A stretch of DNA of 63,690 bases, filler included, from Thermodesulfobacteriota bacterium (GTDB lineage: Bacteria > DASVDK01): NCBI GenBank assembly GCA_036381125.1. It is 6 parts of 6 records of this genome, joined end to end, with 100 filler letters (N's around TTAATTAATTAA, not from the genome) between each part and the next. Parts side by side here need not be neighbours in the genome. Positions count along the whole stretch, not along the records: positions 8,618 to 17,312 come from DASVDK010000269.1; positions 17,413 to 24,700 come from DASVDK010000272.1; 4 more parts are not named here. The stretch is one strand, 5' to 3'. Every line of letters begins with the position of its first letter. Within the stretch, counting starts at the first letter, position 1. Shown one piece after another: positions 8,959 to 18,187 of the stretch. Both the position numbers and the translations under genes were made by a program. Below the pieces are notes generated by a model. It did no database searches and was not told the DNA's origin. It saw only the letters and a list, made by a program, of their open reading frames with translations.

Positions 8959-10780
8959 CGCGGTTCCTTCCGCGGGGTCGGGTCCCGCCCTTGCCCTTGC
9001 CCTTGCCCGAGCGGGACGTCTTCGCGCCGGGCCCGGACGCCTTCGCGCCGCGCGCCTTCGACCCGGACGCGCCGCCGGCCCCGGGCTCCGACGGCCGCAC
9101 CCGCCGGCCCTTCTCGGCCGCCGCGGCCTCGCCGGACGGCGCGGCCTTGCCCGACCGCGCGGCCGTCCCGGAGACCTTCGGCGGCCGGGACCGGCGGGCC
9201 TGGCGCTCGGCCAGGACGGGGGCGGAGTGCATGTCCGCCGGGCCGCCGACGGCCGGGGTCGCGATGATCGTCGGGAGCGCCCCGAGACTCACCCCGATCG
9301 ACTCGCCCGCCTCCCGTGATCCGGCCAGCGCCAGGGCGCGCCGGTAGGCCTCCACGTACCGCCGCGCCGACGCGTCCCAGGAGAAGTCGGCCGACATCCC
9401 CGCCACCTGGAGGGCGCGCCACCGTTCGCGGTCCCGGTAGAGGGCGAGCGCCCGGTCCACCGCCGCGACGAGCGCCGCCGTCTCGTAGGGGACGAAGACG
9501 AAGCCGTTGCCCCCCGCCTCGGGCGGCGCCTCGACGACCGTATCGGCGAGGCCGCCGGTCGCGCGCACGACCGGCACGGTGCCGTAGCGGAGGCTCATCA
9601 TCTGGTTGAGCCCGCACGGCTCGTACCGGGACGGCATGAGGAAGAGGTCCGCGCCGGCCTCGACGAGGTGCGAGAGGGCGTTGTCGTAGGCGATGGTGAC
9701 GCCCACATGGGACGGGTAGCGCGCCGCCGCGTCGCGGAAGAGGTTCTCGTAGGCCGGGTCGCCGGCGCCAAGGAGGACGAACTGGGCCCCTCGCGCCGTG
9801 ATCTCGGGCAGCGCCTCGGCCATCAGGTCGCACCCCTTCTGGTCGGCGAGGCGGGTGACGACGCCGATCAGCGGCGCGTCGGGCCGCTCGGGCAGGTGGT
9901 AGGCGCGCTGGAGCGCCGCCTTGGCCGCCGCCTTGCCGGACAGGTCGGCCGCGCTGTATCGCTTCGGGATGTACGGGTCGGTCTCCGGGTTCCACTCGTC
10001 GACGTCGATCCCGTTCAGGATGCCGATCAGCCGGTCGGCCCTGGCACGCAGGACGCCGTCGAGACCGTGCCCCATCTCCTCGGTCTGGATCTCGCGGGCG
10101 TACGTGGGGCTCACCGTGGTGAGCAGGTCCGCGTAGACGAGCCCGGCCTTGAGGAAGCCGATCTTGCCCCAGAACTCGATGCCGGCCGGCGTGAAGTGCT
10201 CCCACCCGAGCCCCGTGAGGTGCATGTCGTAGTGCCAGAAGAGTCCCTGGTAGCCGAGGTTGTGGATCGTGAACACCGAGGCGGCGCGGCCGATGGACGG
10301 GTCGGCGGCGTAGAGGCCCTCGAGCTGGGCGGGCACCAGCCCCGTCTGCCAGTCGTGGCAGTGGAAGAGGTCGGGCCGCCCGAGGTCCGTGCGGCCGAGC
10401 TCCAGGACGGCGCGCGAGAAGACCGCGAACCGCTCCGCGTTGTCCTGGAAGTCCTGGCCGGCGACGCCGTAGAGCCCGTCGCGATCGTAGTAGCGGTCGG
10501 CCTCGAGGAAGTAGACCGGCACCTCGGCCCCGCCGCGGCCGGCGAGGCGCCCCTCGTGGACCGGGACCCGCTCGGTCCGTCCCGAGATCGGCACCTCGAG
10601 GACGACCCCCGTCTCGCGAATCGCGTGGGCGGCCCGGTCGACCTGCCGGTAGAGCGGCATGACGACGCGCACGTCGACGCCGAGCCGCGCGAGGGCCACG
10701 GGGAGGGCCGCCGCCACGTCGGCGAGCCCGCCGGTCTTGGCGAACGGCGCGACCTCGGACGCCGCGAAGAGGACCCGCAT
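8951..10780 (-). CDS. glgA: Glycogen synthase with long basic C-terminal extension
   Basis: ATG 10780 MRVLFAASEVAPFAKTGGLADV (KTGGL), HCHDWQ, FTIHNLGYQG, MPSRYEPCGLNQM, DFSWD. Confidence 0.95.
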   Translation of the reverse strand: MRVLFAASEVAPFAKTGGLADVAAALPVALARLGVDVRVVMPLYRQVDRAAHAIRETGVVLEVPISGRTERVPVHEGRLAGRGGAEVPVYFLEADRYYDRDGLYGVAGQDFQDNAERFAVFSRAVLELGRTDLGRPDLFHCHDWQTGLVPAQLEGLYAADPSIGRAASVFTIHNLGYQGLFWHYDMHLTGLGWEHFTPAGIEFWGKIGFLKAGLVYADLLTTVSPTYAREIQTEEMGHGLDGVLRARADRLIGILNGIDVDEWNPETDPYIPKRYSAADLSGKAAAKAALQRAYHLPERPDAPLIGVVTRLADQKGCDLMAEALPEITARGAQFVLLGAGDPAYENLFRDAAARYPSHVGVTIAYDNALSHLVEAGADLFLMPSRYEPCGLNQMMSLRYGTVPVVRATGGLADTVVEAPPEAGGNGFVFVPYETAALVAAVDRALALYRDRERWRALQVAGMSADFSWDASARRYVEAYRRALALAGSREAGESIGVSLGALPTIIATPAVGGPADMHSAPVLAERQARRSRPPKVSGTAARSGKAAPSGEAAAAEKGRRVRPSEPGAGGASGSKARGAKASGPGAKTSRSGKGKGKGGTRPRGRNRDG

Positions 10781-11784
10781 CAGATCTTCGCCTCGCGCAG
10801 GAACGCGGCCGCCTCCTCCGGCGGCGTCGGGTTGATGAAGAAGTCGCTCCCCCACTCGAAGCCGCCGACGCGCGTGAGCTTCGGGATGATCTCGAAGTGC
10901 CAGTGGTAGGCGGCCGGATCGACGGTGGCGCCGCGCAGGGGGAACGTGTGCAGGACGAAGTTGTACGGCGGGCTCGCGAGCACGCGGTCGAGCCGCCGCA
11001 GCGTCTCCGACAGCAGGCGGGCGAGCGACTCGAGGTCCTCCCGGCCGGCCGCCTCGAACGCGGCCTGGTGGCGCTTGGGCACGACCCAGGTCTCGAACGG
11101 GAAGCGAGGCGCGAAGGGCTCCATGACCAGCGTGAAGGCGTCCTCGGCGACGACCCGCGCCCCCTGCGAGGTCTCCTGGCGCACCACGTCGCAGAGCAGG
11201 CAGCGCTCCTTGTACGTGAAGTAGCCGCGCATCCCTTCCAGCTCCTCGGCGACCTCCTTGGGCACGACCGGCAGGGCGATGAGCTGCGAGTGCGAGTGCT
11301 CGAGGGTGGCGCCGGCCGCCTCGCCGTGGTTCTTGAAGACGAGCGCGTAGCGCAGGCGGACGTCGTTGCGCAGGTCGGCGATGCGCGCCTGGAAGGCGCG
11401 CAGCAGGTCCAGGACGCGGGTGGGCGGCAGGCTGGCCAGCGTGGCGGCGTGATCGGGGGTCTCGATGAAGACCTCGTGCGCGCCGATGCCGTTCATCCGA
11501 TCGTACACGCCGTCGCCCGTCCGATCGAGGTCGCCCTCGATCCGCAGCGCCGGGAACTTGTTCGGGACGACGCGGACCTGCCACCCCGGGGTGTCGGGGC
11601 GGCGCCCCGGCTCCCCGATGGCGAAGATCTCGCCGGGCGTCTTCTCCTCGTTGCCCGGGCAGAAGGGGCAGAACCCGCCCCGCCTGCGCTCCGTCGCGGG
11701 ACCGAAGTCGGTGGGGCGGCGCCCGCGCTCGCTCGAGATGATGACCCAGCGGCCGGTGATCGGGTCCCTGCGGAACTCGGGCAT
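10780..11784 (-). CDS. galT: GalT-family hexose-1-phosphate nucleotidylyltransferase
   Basis: RRDPITGRWVII, CPFCPGNE, NKFPAL, FKNHGEAAGATLEHSHSQ (HxHxQ), GGFEWGS. Confidence 0.9.
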   Translation of the reverse strand: MPEFRRDPITGRWVIISSERGRRPTDFGPATERRRGGFCPFCPGNEEKTPGEIFAIGEPGRRPDTPGWQVRVVPNKFPALRIEGDLDRTGDGVYDRMNGIGAHEVFIETPDHAATLASLPPTRVLDLLRAFQARIADLRNDVRLRYALVFKNHGEAAGATLEHSHSQLIALPVVPKEVAEELEGMRGYFTYKERCLLCDVVRQETSQGARVVAEDAFTLVMEPFAPRFPFETWVVPKRHQAAFEAAGREDLESLARLLSETLRRLDRVLASPPYNFVLHTFPLRGATVDPAAYHWHFEIIPKLTRVGGFEWGSDFFINPTPPEEAAAFLREAKI

Positions 11785-11968
11785 GCGGCGTTGGTCTCCT
11801 CGCGTGGCCGCTGTCCGTCACGTCCGAGCCGCCGGGCGACGGCCGGTCCCGCGCAGCTCCCCGGTACGATCTCGCCCGGCGCCGTGCCCGCGTCGTCCGA
11901 GCCGCCGCGCGCCCGGCGCCGCGTCGAAGCCGGACGGCGCGATCGTGCGGCTCGGAGCGCTCGGCTCG

Positions 11969-12331
11969 CTAGACGGGCCGCCTCCGCTCGTCCGCCTCGG
12001 CGGCGGTCTTGCACTCGATGCACTGCGTCGTGACGGGCCGCGCCGACAGACGGGCCTCGGCGATCGGCTCGCCGCACTCCTCGCAGATGCCGAACGTGCC
12101 GTCGTCGATGCGCGCCAGCGCTTCGCGGATCTTGCCGATGAGCCGGCGCTCGCGGTCGCGGATTCGGAGGAGGAAGTTGCGGTCGGCCTCGAGCGAGGCC
12201 CGGTCGGTGGGATCCGGGAACGCCTCGCGGCCGGTCCCCATCCCCTCGACCGTCCGTCCCGCCTCCTCGAGGAGGTCGTTGAGCTGACGGGTCAGGAGTT
12301 CTCGGTAGAAGGCGAGCCGGTCGGCGTGCAT
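11969..12331 (-). CDS. dksA: RNA polymerase-binding protein DksA
   Basis: PDPTDRAS (DxxDxA), LRIRDRERRLI, C4 zinc finger CEEC..CIEC. Confidence 0.92.
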   Translation of the reverse strand: MHADRLAFYRELLTRQLNDLLEEAGRTVEGMGTGREAFPDPTDRASLEADRNFLLRIRDRERRLIGKIREALARIDDGTFGICEECGEPIAEARLSARPVTTQCIECKTAAEADERRRPV

Positions 12332-12411
12332 GGTATGGCCGAGATCGCTCCTCGCGATGGACGAACCACGAGCCTAGCGCGGCCTGGCAGGCCGGCGCAA
12401 GCCGCGGGTCG

Positions 12412-12918
12412 TCAGCCCTCGGGGGGCAGGTCGGCCTCGCCGGGCCGCACCCACGTGCCGCTCTTGCCGCCCCGCTTGCGCACCAGGCGCACGGCGTCGA
12501 TCACCATGCCGCGGTCGACCGCCTTGCACATGTCGTAGATCGTGAGCGCCGCGACCGACACCGCCGCGAGCGCCTCCATCTCGACGCCGGTCTTCCCCTC
12601 GACCCGCGCCACGGCCTCGATCTCGACCGTCGCGAGCGGCTCTCCGGGGCGCAGGCGGAAGTCCACGGTGACCGACGAGAGCCCCAGGGGGTGGCACATG
12701 GGGATCAGCTCCCCGGTCCGCTTGGCGGCCATGATGCCGGCCACGCGGGCGACCCCGAGGACGTCCCCCTTCTCGACCGTGCGGTCGGCGATCCGCCGGA
12801 AGGTCTCCGGCGCCATGCGCACCGCGCCGCGCGCCACGGCCTCCCGGCGGGTCACCGGCTTGCCGCCCACGTCCACCATCCGGGCCGCGCCTCGCTCGTC
12901 GAAGTGCGTCAGGCTCAT
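12412..12918 (-). CDS. moaC: Cyclic pyranopterin monophosphate synthase MoaC
   Basis: [42 protein letters not shown]. Confidence 0.97.
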   Translation of the reverse strand: MSLTHFDERGAARMVDVGGKPVTRREAVARGAVRMAPETFRRIADRTVEKGDVLGVARVAGIMAAKRTGELIPMCHPLGLSSVTVDFRLRPGEPLATVEIEAVARVEGKTGVEMEALAAVSVAALTIYDMCKAVDRGMVIDAVRLVRKRGGKSGTWVRPGEADLPPEG

Positions 12919-12959
12919 GGCCGCCCCTCCGCGCGCCGCACCTGGTAGGCTAGCGTATC

Positions 12960-13322
12960 ATGCCCGAGACGAGCCGGATGGCGCTGGTGGTCCTGAGCGA
13001 TGCGGACGATCGCCTCGAGGAGGCGGCCGCCTTCGTCGCCTCGGCGGCCGCGATGGACATGGCGGTGCGCGTCCTCGTCGCGGGGCGGGCGCTCGCTCGC
13101 GTCCTGGGCGGCGGCCTGCCCGCCGCGGCGGCCGCGCGCCTGGCCGAGGCGCGGACGCTCGGCGACGTGCGGCTCTTCGCCTGCAGCGCCGCGCTCCGGC
13201 GGGCGGGCGGGACGCGGGAGTCGGCCCTGGCGCAGGAGCCGCGGCTCTTCGACGACGTCGTCGGCGTCCCCGCGTTCCTCGCGGAGCACCTCTCCGGGGC
13301 CGAGGTCCAGCTCGTGTTCTGA
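12960..13322 (+). CDS. DsrE/DsrF-like small protein
   Basis: AAAMDMAVRV.., VRLFACSAAL, DDVVGVPAFL pattern; 120 aa. Confidence 0.6.
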   Translation: MPETSRMALVVLSDADDRLEEAAAFVASAAAMDMAVRVLVAGRALARVLGGGLPAAAAARLAEARTLGDVRLFACSAALRRAGGTRESALAQEPRLFDDVVGVPAFLAEHLSGAEVQLVF

Positions 13323-13324
13323 CC

Positions 13325-14284
13325 TCACCTCGCGCCGGACGCCTCGCGGAGGTCGAGCCGCTCGTGCGCTCCGGTGACCGACAGCCCGGGCCTCGGTCCG
13401 CCCCCGACGGCGTGGAGGCGGTCGGCGTGCACCGCGGCGCCGAGGCCGTGGCGCGCGGTCGGCATCGGCGCGAGCACGGCCCACCGATCCGCCGACGGGT
13501 CGTAGGCGAACGCGTCGGCGTACGTTCCCTCGCGGCTCTCGCCGCCGAGCACGATCGCGAGCCCGAGGAGCGCCGCCCCGCCGACGCCGCTCCTCGGGGC
13601 CGGCATGGGGGCGGCCGCGCGCCAGGCGTCACGGCCGGCGTCGTAGACCTCGGTCACCTGGAGATTGCGGCCGAAGTCCCCGTCGAGGCGCCCGCCGGCG
13701 GCCACGAGGCCGGGGGCCACGGCGACGACGGCCAGGTGATCGCGGGGCGTCGGCAGGGACGCCCGCGGCACCCATCGGTCGGTCGCCGGGTCGTAGACCT
13801 CGTGCGCGCCGGTGTTGCGGCGCCCCTCGCCCACCCCGCCGACCGCGTGGATGCGGCCGTCGCACATCGCGGCGCCGAGCGCGCCGCGCGCGGTCGGCAG
13901 CGGGGCCGCCCGGCTCCAGCGATCCGTCCCCGGGTCGTAGACGAAGACGTCCGCCACCGGCTCCCAGGCAGGTCCGTAGCCGCCCACCACGTAGACGCGC
14001 CCGCCGAGTGCGGCGATCCCCACGTGATGACGGGGCGCCGGGAGCGGCCGGACGGCGCGCCAGGCGCCGGAGGCGAGGTCGTACACCTCGACGAGGTCCG
14101 TGGCGCGGCCCTCGGCGACGAACCCGCCGACCACGTAGAGCCGCCCGTCGAGCATCGCGGCGGCGACCTCGGTGCGCGGCGTCGGCAGCGGCGCCGCCGG
14201 GCTCCAGCGCCCCTCGCGAGCCGCGTCGCCGGCGAGGGCGCCGGCCAGGGCGGCGGCGAGGAGGACGACGACGGGTGCGGTCAT
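13325..14284 (-). CDS. Secreted Kelch-repeat beta-propeller protein
   Basis: Signal peptide from ATG 14284; six repeats of P.PR...(L)YVVGG..YDP..DRW. Confidence 0.92.
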   Translation of the reverse strand: MTAPVVVLLAAALAGALAGDAAREGRWSPAAPLPTPRTEVAAAMLDGRLYVVGGFVAEGRATDLVEVYDLASGAWRAVRPLPAPRHHVGIAALGGRVYVVGGYGPAWEPVADVFVYDPGTDRWSRAAPLPTARGALGAAMCDGRIHAVGGVGEGRRNTGAHEVYDPATDRWVPRASLPTPRDHLAVVAVAPGLVAAGGRLDGDFGRNLQVTEVYDAGRDAWRAAAPMPAPRSGVGGAALLGLAIVLGGESREGTYADAFAYDPSADRWAVLAPMPTARHGLGAAVHADRLHAVGGGPRPGLSVTGAHERLDLREASGAR

Positions 14285-15666
14285 GGCCGTCGCGCCCGTG
14301 CGAGCGCCTCGGCGACGCCCGGGGCGCCGTCGAAGTTCAGGTGGACGTAGGACGCGAGCACGCGGCCGATCACGAAACCCTCCTCGCCCCACGGCGTGCC
14401 GTCGGGTCGGCTGAGCGCGTACGCGAGAAGCGCGCCCGCGGGCGGTGAGGCGAGCCGGGACACGTGGAAGCGGTGGCCGTGCACGCGCGTACCCGGAGGC
14501 CCGAGGAGCGTCGGCCGCGTGGTCTCGACGGCGACGTACCCGAAGTCGACGAGCCCGCCGGTCATGACGGCCACGGCGCCGGGCAGGGCGCCCGCCATCT
14601 GGTGCGCGCGCCCCTCGGCGTCCACGAGGCGGTCGGCCAGGTAGAGGAGACCGCCGCACTCGGCGTACACCGTGCCGCCCCGCTCGACGAACGCGCGCAC
14701 CGCCGCCCGCATGGGCGCGTTCGCCTCGAGCGCCGCCGCGTGCCGCTCCGGATAGCCGCCCCCGAGGTAGAGCGCGTCGACGTCCGGGAGGCGGCGGTCG
14801 GCGAGCGGCGAGAAGGGCACGACCCTGGCGCCCGCCTCGTCGAGCCGCTCGAGGTTGGCCGGGTAGTAGAAGGCGAAGGCCTCGTCGCGCGCCACGCCGA
14901 CGCGGGCGCCGCCCGACGGATCGGCAGACCGCGGCGGACCGGCCGGCGCCTCGCGGCGCGGATCCGCGGGCCAGCGGCCCGGCGCCGTCTCGAGGCGCGA
15001 CAGGCGCTCGAGGTCGAGGTGCCGCTCGGCCAGGTCGGCCAGGCGACCGGCGCGCGACGGGTCGGTCTCCGCGGCCGCGTGGAGGCCGAGGTACCGCTCC
15101 GGCACGGCGATCTCGCCGTCGAACGGCAGCGCGCCGAGGAGGGGCGGGCCGCCGCTCGACGCGAGCGCCTCGCGCAGGAGCGCCGCGTGCCCCGGACCGC
15201 CGACGCGCGTCGCCACCACCCCCGCCAGGTGCAGGTCCCGGTCGAACGTCGCGAACCCGTGGACCAGCGCCGCGACGCTCCGCGCCGCGGTCGACGCGTC
15301 GACGACCAGCACCACCGGCAGCCCGAGACGTCTGGCGACGTCGGCCGCGCTCCCGGCGTCGCTGCGCGCGTCGACGCCGTCGAAGAGGCCCATCATCCCC
15401 TCGACCACGACCAGGTCGGCGCCCGCCGCGCCGCGCGCCGCTCGCGCCCGGAGCGCCGCGTCGTCCATCAGGTAGGGATCGAGCGTGTGGCAGGGACGGC
15501 CGGCCGCGGCGGCGAGATGGGTCGGGTCGAGGAAGTCGGGGCCGACCTTGAACGGCGCGACCGCGAGGCCGCGGCGTCGCAACGCGGCGCAGAGCGCCGC
15601 GGCGACCGTGGTCTTGCCCGCGCCGCTCCCCGCGGCGCCGAGGAGGAGGCCGCGCATCGCGCTCAT
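14281..15666 (-). CDS. cbiA: Cobyrinate a,c-diamide synthase (CbiA/CobB)
   Basis: SGAGKTT, FKVGPDFLDP, VVEGMMGLFDG, ARDEAFAFYY, GGGYPE, YAECGG, GHRFH, ASYVH. Confidence 0.92.
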   Translation of the reverse strand: MSAMRGLLLGAAGSGAGKTTVAAALCAALRRRGLAVAPFKVGPDFLDPTHLAAAAGRPCHTLDPYLMDDAALRARAARGAAGADLVVVEGMMGLFDGVDARSDAGSAADVARRLGLPVVLVVDASTAARSVAALVHGFATFDRDLHLAGVVATRVGGPGHAALLREALASSGGPPLLGALPFDGEIAVPERYLGLHAAAETDPSRAGRLADLAERHLDLERLSRLETAPGRWPADPRREAPAGPPRSADPSGGARVGVARDEAFAFYYPANLERLDEAGARVVPFSPLADRRLPDVDALYLGGGYPERHAAALEANAPMRAAVRAFVERGGTVYAECGGLLYLADRLVDAEGRAHQMAGALPGAVAVMTGGLVDFGYVAVETTRPTLLGPPGTRVHGHRFHVSRLASPPAGALLAYALSRPDGTPWGEEGFVIGRVLASYVHLNFDGAPGVAEALARARRP

Positions 15667-15717
15667 CCCGGCAGGCCCGCTTGACACGATCGGCCGGCTT
15701 CTGTAGGAAGCACCGCC

Positions 15718-16473
15718 ATGCTGCCGCCGCTCGAGGGGGTCATCGCCCGGCGCGTCCTGATCAACTTCCGCGCCGACCCGCAGGTCGTCCGGGCCCTCGT
15801 CCCCGCTCCCTTCGAGGTCGTCACGCAGGAGGGCGCCGCGGTCGTCGGCGTCTGCCTGATCCGGCTCGCACAGCTTCGGCCGAAGGGGCTCGCGGGCTTC
15901 GTGGGGATCGCCTCGGACAGCATGGCCCATCGCGTGGCCGTCCGCTGCCCGACGCCGGAGGGCTTCCGGGAGGGGGTCTTCGTCTGGCAGCGGCACTCGG
16001 ACACCGCCCTGCTCACGCTGCTCGGCGGCCGGCTCTTCCCCGGCGTCCACCACCGCGCCCGCTTCCACTCGGTCGAGGGGGAGTCGGGCCTCAGGGTGGA
16101 GGCGTTCACCGGGCAGTCGCGCTCGGACGTCTCCGTCTCGGCGCGGCGCGTCCCGGAGTGGAGACCCACCCCGCTCTTCCCCACCCTCGAGGCGGCGCGG
16201 GCGTTCTTCGCGCGCGGCGACCGCGGCGTCTCCTGCAGCCCCGGCCAGCGCCGGCTCGAGGCGGCCCCACCCGGCACGCTCGAGTGGTCGCCGTCGCCGC
16301 TGGCGGTGAGCCACGTGCGCGTCGCCTTCTTCGAGGACCGGCAGCGCTTCCCGGGCGGCTCGATCGCCTTCGACGGCGCCGTCCTCATGCACGCCGTCCC
16401 GCACGGGTGGCACGACCTGTCGGTCGTGCCCGAGCTGACGCTGGCCGAGGCGGTGTCCGCGGCGCCCCGGTAG
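15718..16473 (+). CDS. DUF2071-like protein
   Basis: G.IARRVLINFRADP, GVCLIRL, AHRVAV, GGRLFPGVHH pattern. Confidence 0.7.
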   Translation: MLPPLEGVIARRVLINFRADPQVVRALVPAPFEVVTQEGAAVVGVCLIRLAQLRPKGLAGFVGIASDSMAHRVAVRCPTPEGFREGVFVWQRHSDTALLTLLGGRLFPGVHHRARFHSVEGESGLRVEAFTGQSRSDVSVSARRVPEWRPTPLFPTLEAARAFFARGDRGVSCSPGQRRLEAAPPGTLEWSPSPLAVSHVRVAFFEDRQRFPGGSIAFDGAVLMHAVPHGWHDLSVVPELTLAEAVSAAPR

Positions 16474-16537
16474 CGCCCGCGTGCCGGGCAGGCCGCGCCG
16501 CGCGGCGCCGTCGCGCCGAGGCCGCTACACTCTCCGC

Positions 16538-16720
16538 ATGACCGATGCCAGGGAGCGTCCGCGGCCGGCCGCCGAGGAGACGGCCGGCCGGACCGACGAC
16601 ACCGACCGCGTGCGGATGCGCTGTCCCGTCTGCGAGGCGCCCGCCGACTGGGCCGGCCAGAAGTGGCGCTGTCGCCGCTGCGGCTGGCTCGCCTCCTGAA
16701 GCCAGGACGCGGGGTGCTAG
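16538..16720 (+). CDS. Small zinc-ribbon protein, possibly a selenoprotein (in-frame UGA 16697-16699; otherwise ends at 16699)
   Basis: CPVC..KWRCRRCGWLAS-TGA-SQDAGC-TAG; SECIS-like hairpin starting 11 nt after the UGA. Confidence 0.55.
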
Positions 16721-16730
16721 TCAGCACCCG
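16711..16730 (+). promoter_or_regulatory. Candidate bacterial SECIS element
   Basis: Stem GGGTGCT (16712-16718), loop AGTC, AGCACCC (16723-16729). Confidence 0.5.
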
Positions 16731-17312
16731 TTCAGGATGATCCGCTCGTAGACCGCGACCGCGGCCGTCACCTGGTCGAGCGGGACCGACTCGCGTGCCG
16801 TGTGCGCGAGGTCGATGCTCCCCGGGCCGAGGACCACGGCCGGGATCCCGACGCGTGCGAGGAAGCTGCCGTCGGTGCCGTAGGGGACGCCGGCCAGGCG
16901 GCTCTCGCCGCCGGCCGCCCGCACGGCGGCGGCCGCCGCCCGGACCACCGGTGCGTCGTCGGGCGTCTCGAGCGGGTCGGTGACGAGGTAGGGCGGGTCG
17001 AAGCGGAACTCGAGCCCCCCCTCCGCGCGCCCCACCTCGAGCGCCGCCTCCCGGATCTCCTCCAGCGCGGTCGCCGCGGTCTCGCCCGGCACCAGGCGGC
17101 GATCGATGTCGACCCACGCGGCGTCCGGCACGATGTTCGCCTGCAGTCCGCCCGCCATGCGCCCGGCGTTCCACGTGGGCGCGCCGACGCGGGCGTGCTG
17201 CCGCGCGGCGAACCGCACCGGGAGGCGCTCCTCGAGCCCGCGCAGCCGCGCCGCCATCTTGAGGATGGCGTTGACCCCCTCGGTGGGCCGGGAGGAGTGG
17301 GCGGCCCTGCCG
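16721..17312 (-). CDS. M20 family (ArgE/DapE-like) metallopeptidase/deacylase, C-terminal part
   Basis: GG..ANIVPD..DRRLVPGE, YGTDG, GPGSIDLAHTARE; truncated by contig end. Confidence 0.9.
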
Positions 17313-17412
17313 NNNNNNNNNNNNNNNNNNNNNNNNNNNNNNNNNNNNNNNNNNNNTTAATTAATTAANNNNNNNNNNNNNNNNNNNNNNNNNNNNNNNN
17401 NNNNNNNNNNNN
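17313..17412. other. Artificial contig linker
   Basis: N-run with TTAATTAATTAA. Confidence 0.99.
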
Positions 17413-17464
17413 TCCAGTCGGGCGGCGCCGTGGCCGTCGAGGGGCCCGCCGCGGCGGGCCGCTG

Positions 17465-18187
17465 ATGGTTCACCCGCGTGCGGCGGCCCGACCGGCGCCG
17501 AGGCGGCCGGTCGTGGAGGCGGTCGACCTCTCCCGAACCTACCGGCGCGACGCCGACGAGATCCGCGCCCTCGACCGCGTCACGCTGCGGGTCGACCAGG
17601 GGGAGTTCGTGGCGCTCATGGGGCCGTCCGGCTCCGGCAAGAGCACGCTGCTCAACATCATCGCCGGCATCGACCGGCCCACCGGCGGCACGATCCGCGT
17701 GGCGGGCGAGGACCTGTCGGCGCTCGACGAGGACGAGCTGGCCGCCTGGCGCAACGCGCGGCTCGGCTTCGTCTTCCAGACCTTCAACCTGATCCCGGTC
17801 CTCACCGCCTTCGAGAACGTCGAGCTGCCGCTGCTCCTCACCGACCTCACCCGCGCGGAGCGCCGGCGGCACGTCGAGACCGCGCTCCGCCTGGTGGGCC
17901 TCGGCGACCGGATGGCGCACTACCCGAAGCAGCTCTCCGGCGGCCAGGAGCAGCGGGTGGCCGTCGCCCGCGCGCTCGTGACCGACCCGGCCCTGCTTCT
18001 CGCCGACGAGCCGACGGGCAACCTCGACGCGCGAGCGGCCGACGACGTGATGCGCCTCCTCGCGCGGCTCAACGCCGCCGCGGGCAAGACGATCATCGTG
18101 GTCACGCACGACCCCAGGACCGCCGGCTTCGCCCGCCGGCTCGTCGTCCTCGACAAAGGGGTCCTCGAGGAGGAAGTCCGCAGGTGA
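17465..18187 (+). CDS. LolD/MacB-type ABC transporter ATP-binding protein
   Basis: [34 protein letters not shown]. Confidence 0.95.
   Translation: MVHPRAAARPAPRRPVVEAVDLSRTYRRDADEIRALDRVTLRVDQGEFVALMGPSGSGKSTLLNIIAGIDRPTGGTIRVAGEDLSALDEDELAAWRNARLGFVFQTFNLIPVLTAFENVELPLLLTDLTRAERRRHVETALRLVGLGDRMAHYPKQLSGGQEQRVAVARALVTDPALLLADEPTGNLDARAADDVMRLLARLNAAAGKTIIVVTHDPRTAGFARRLVVLDKGVLEEEVRR

Noticed and set aside
8951-11821. 956-aa GalT-GlgA fusion
   Set aside because: The N-terminal part is a shadow frame of galT; galT has its own stop overlapping the glgA ATG at 10780.
17413-17465. Possible 3' end of an efflux adaptor gene before the ABC ATPase
   Set aside because: About 16 codons ending in a TGA overlapping the ATG; plausible but no diagnostic motif.
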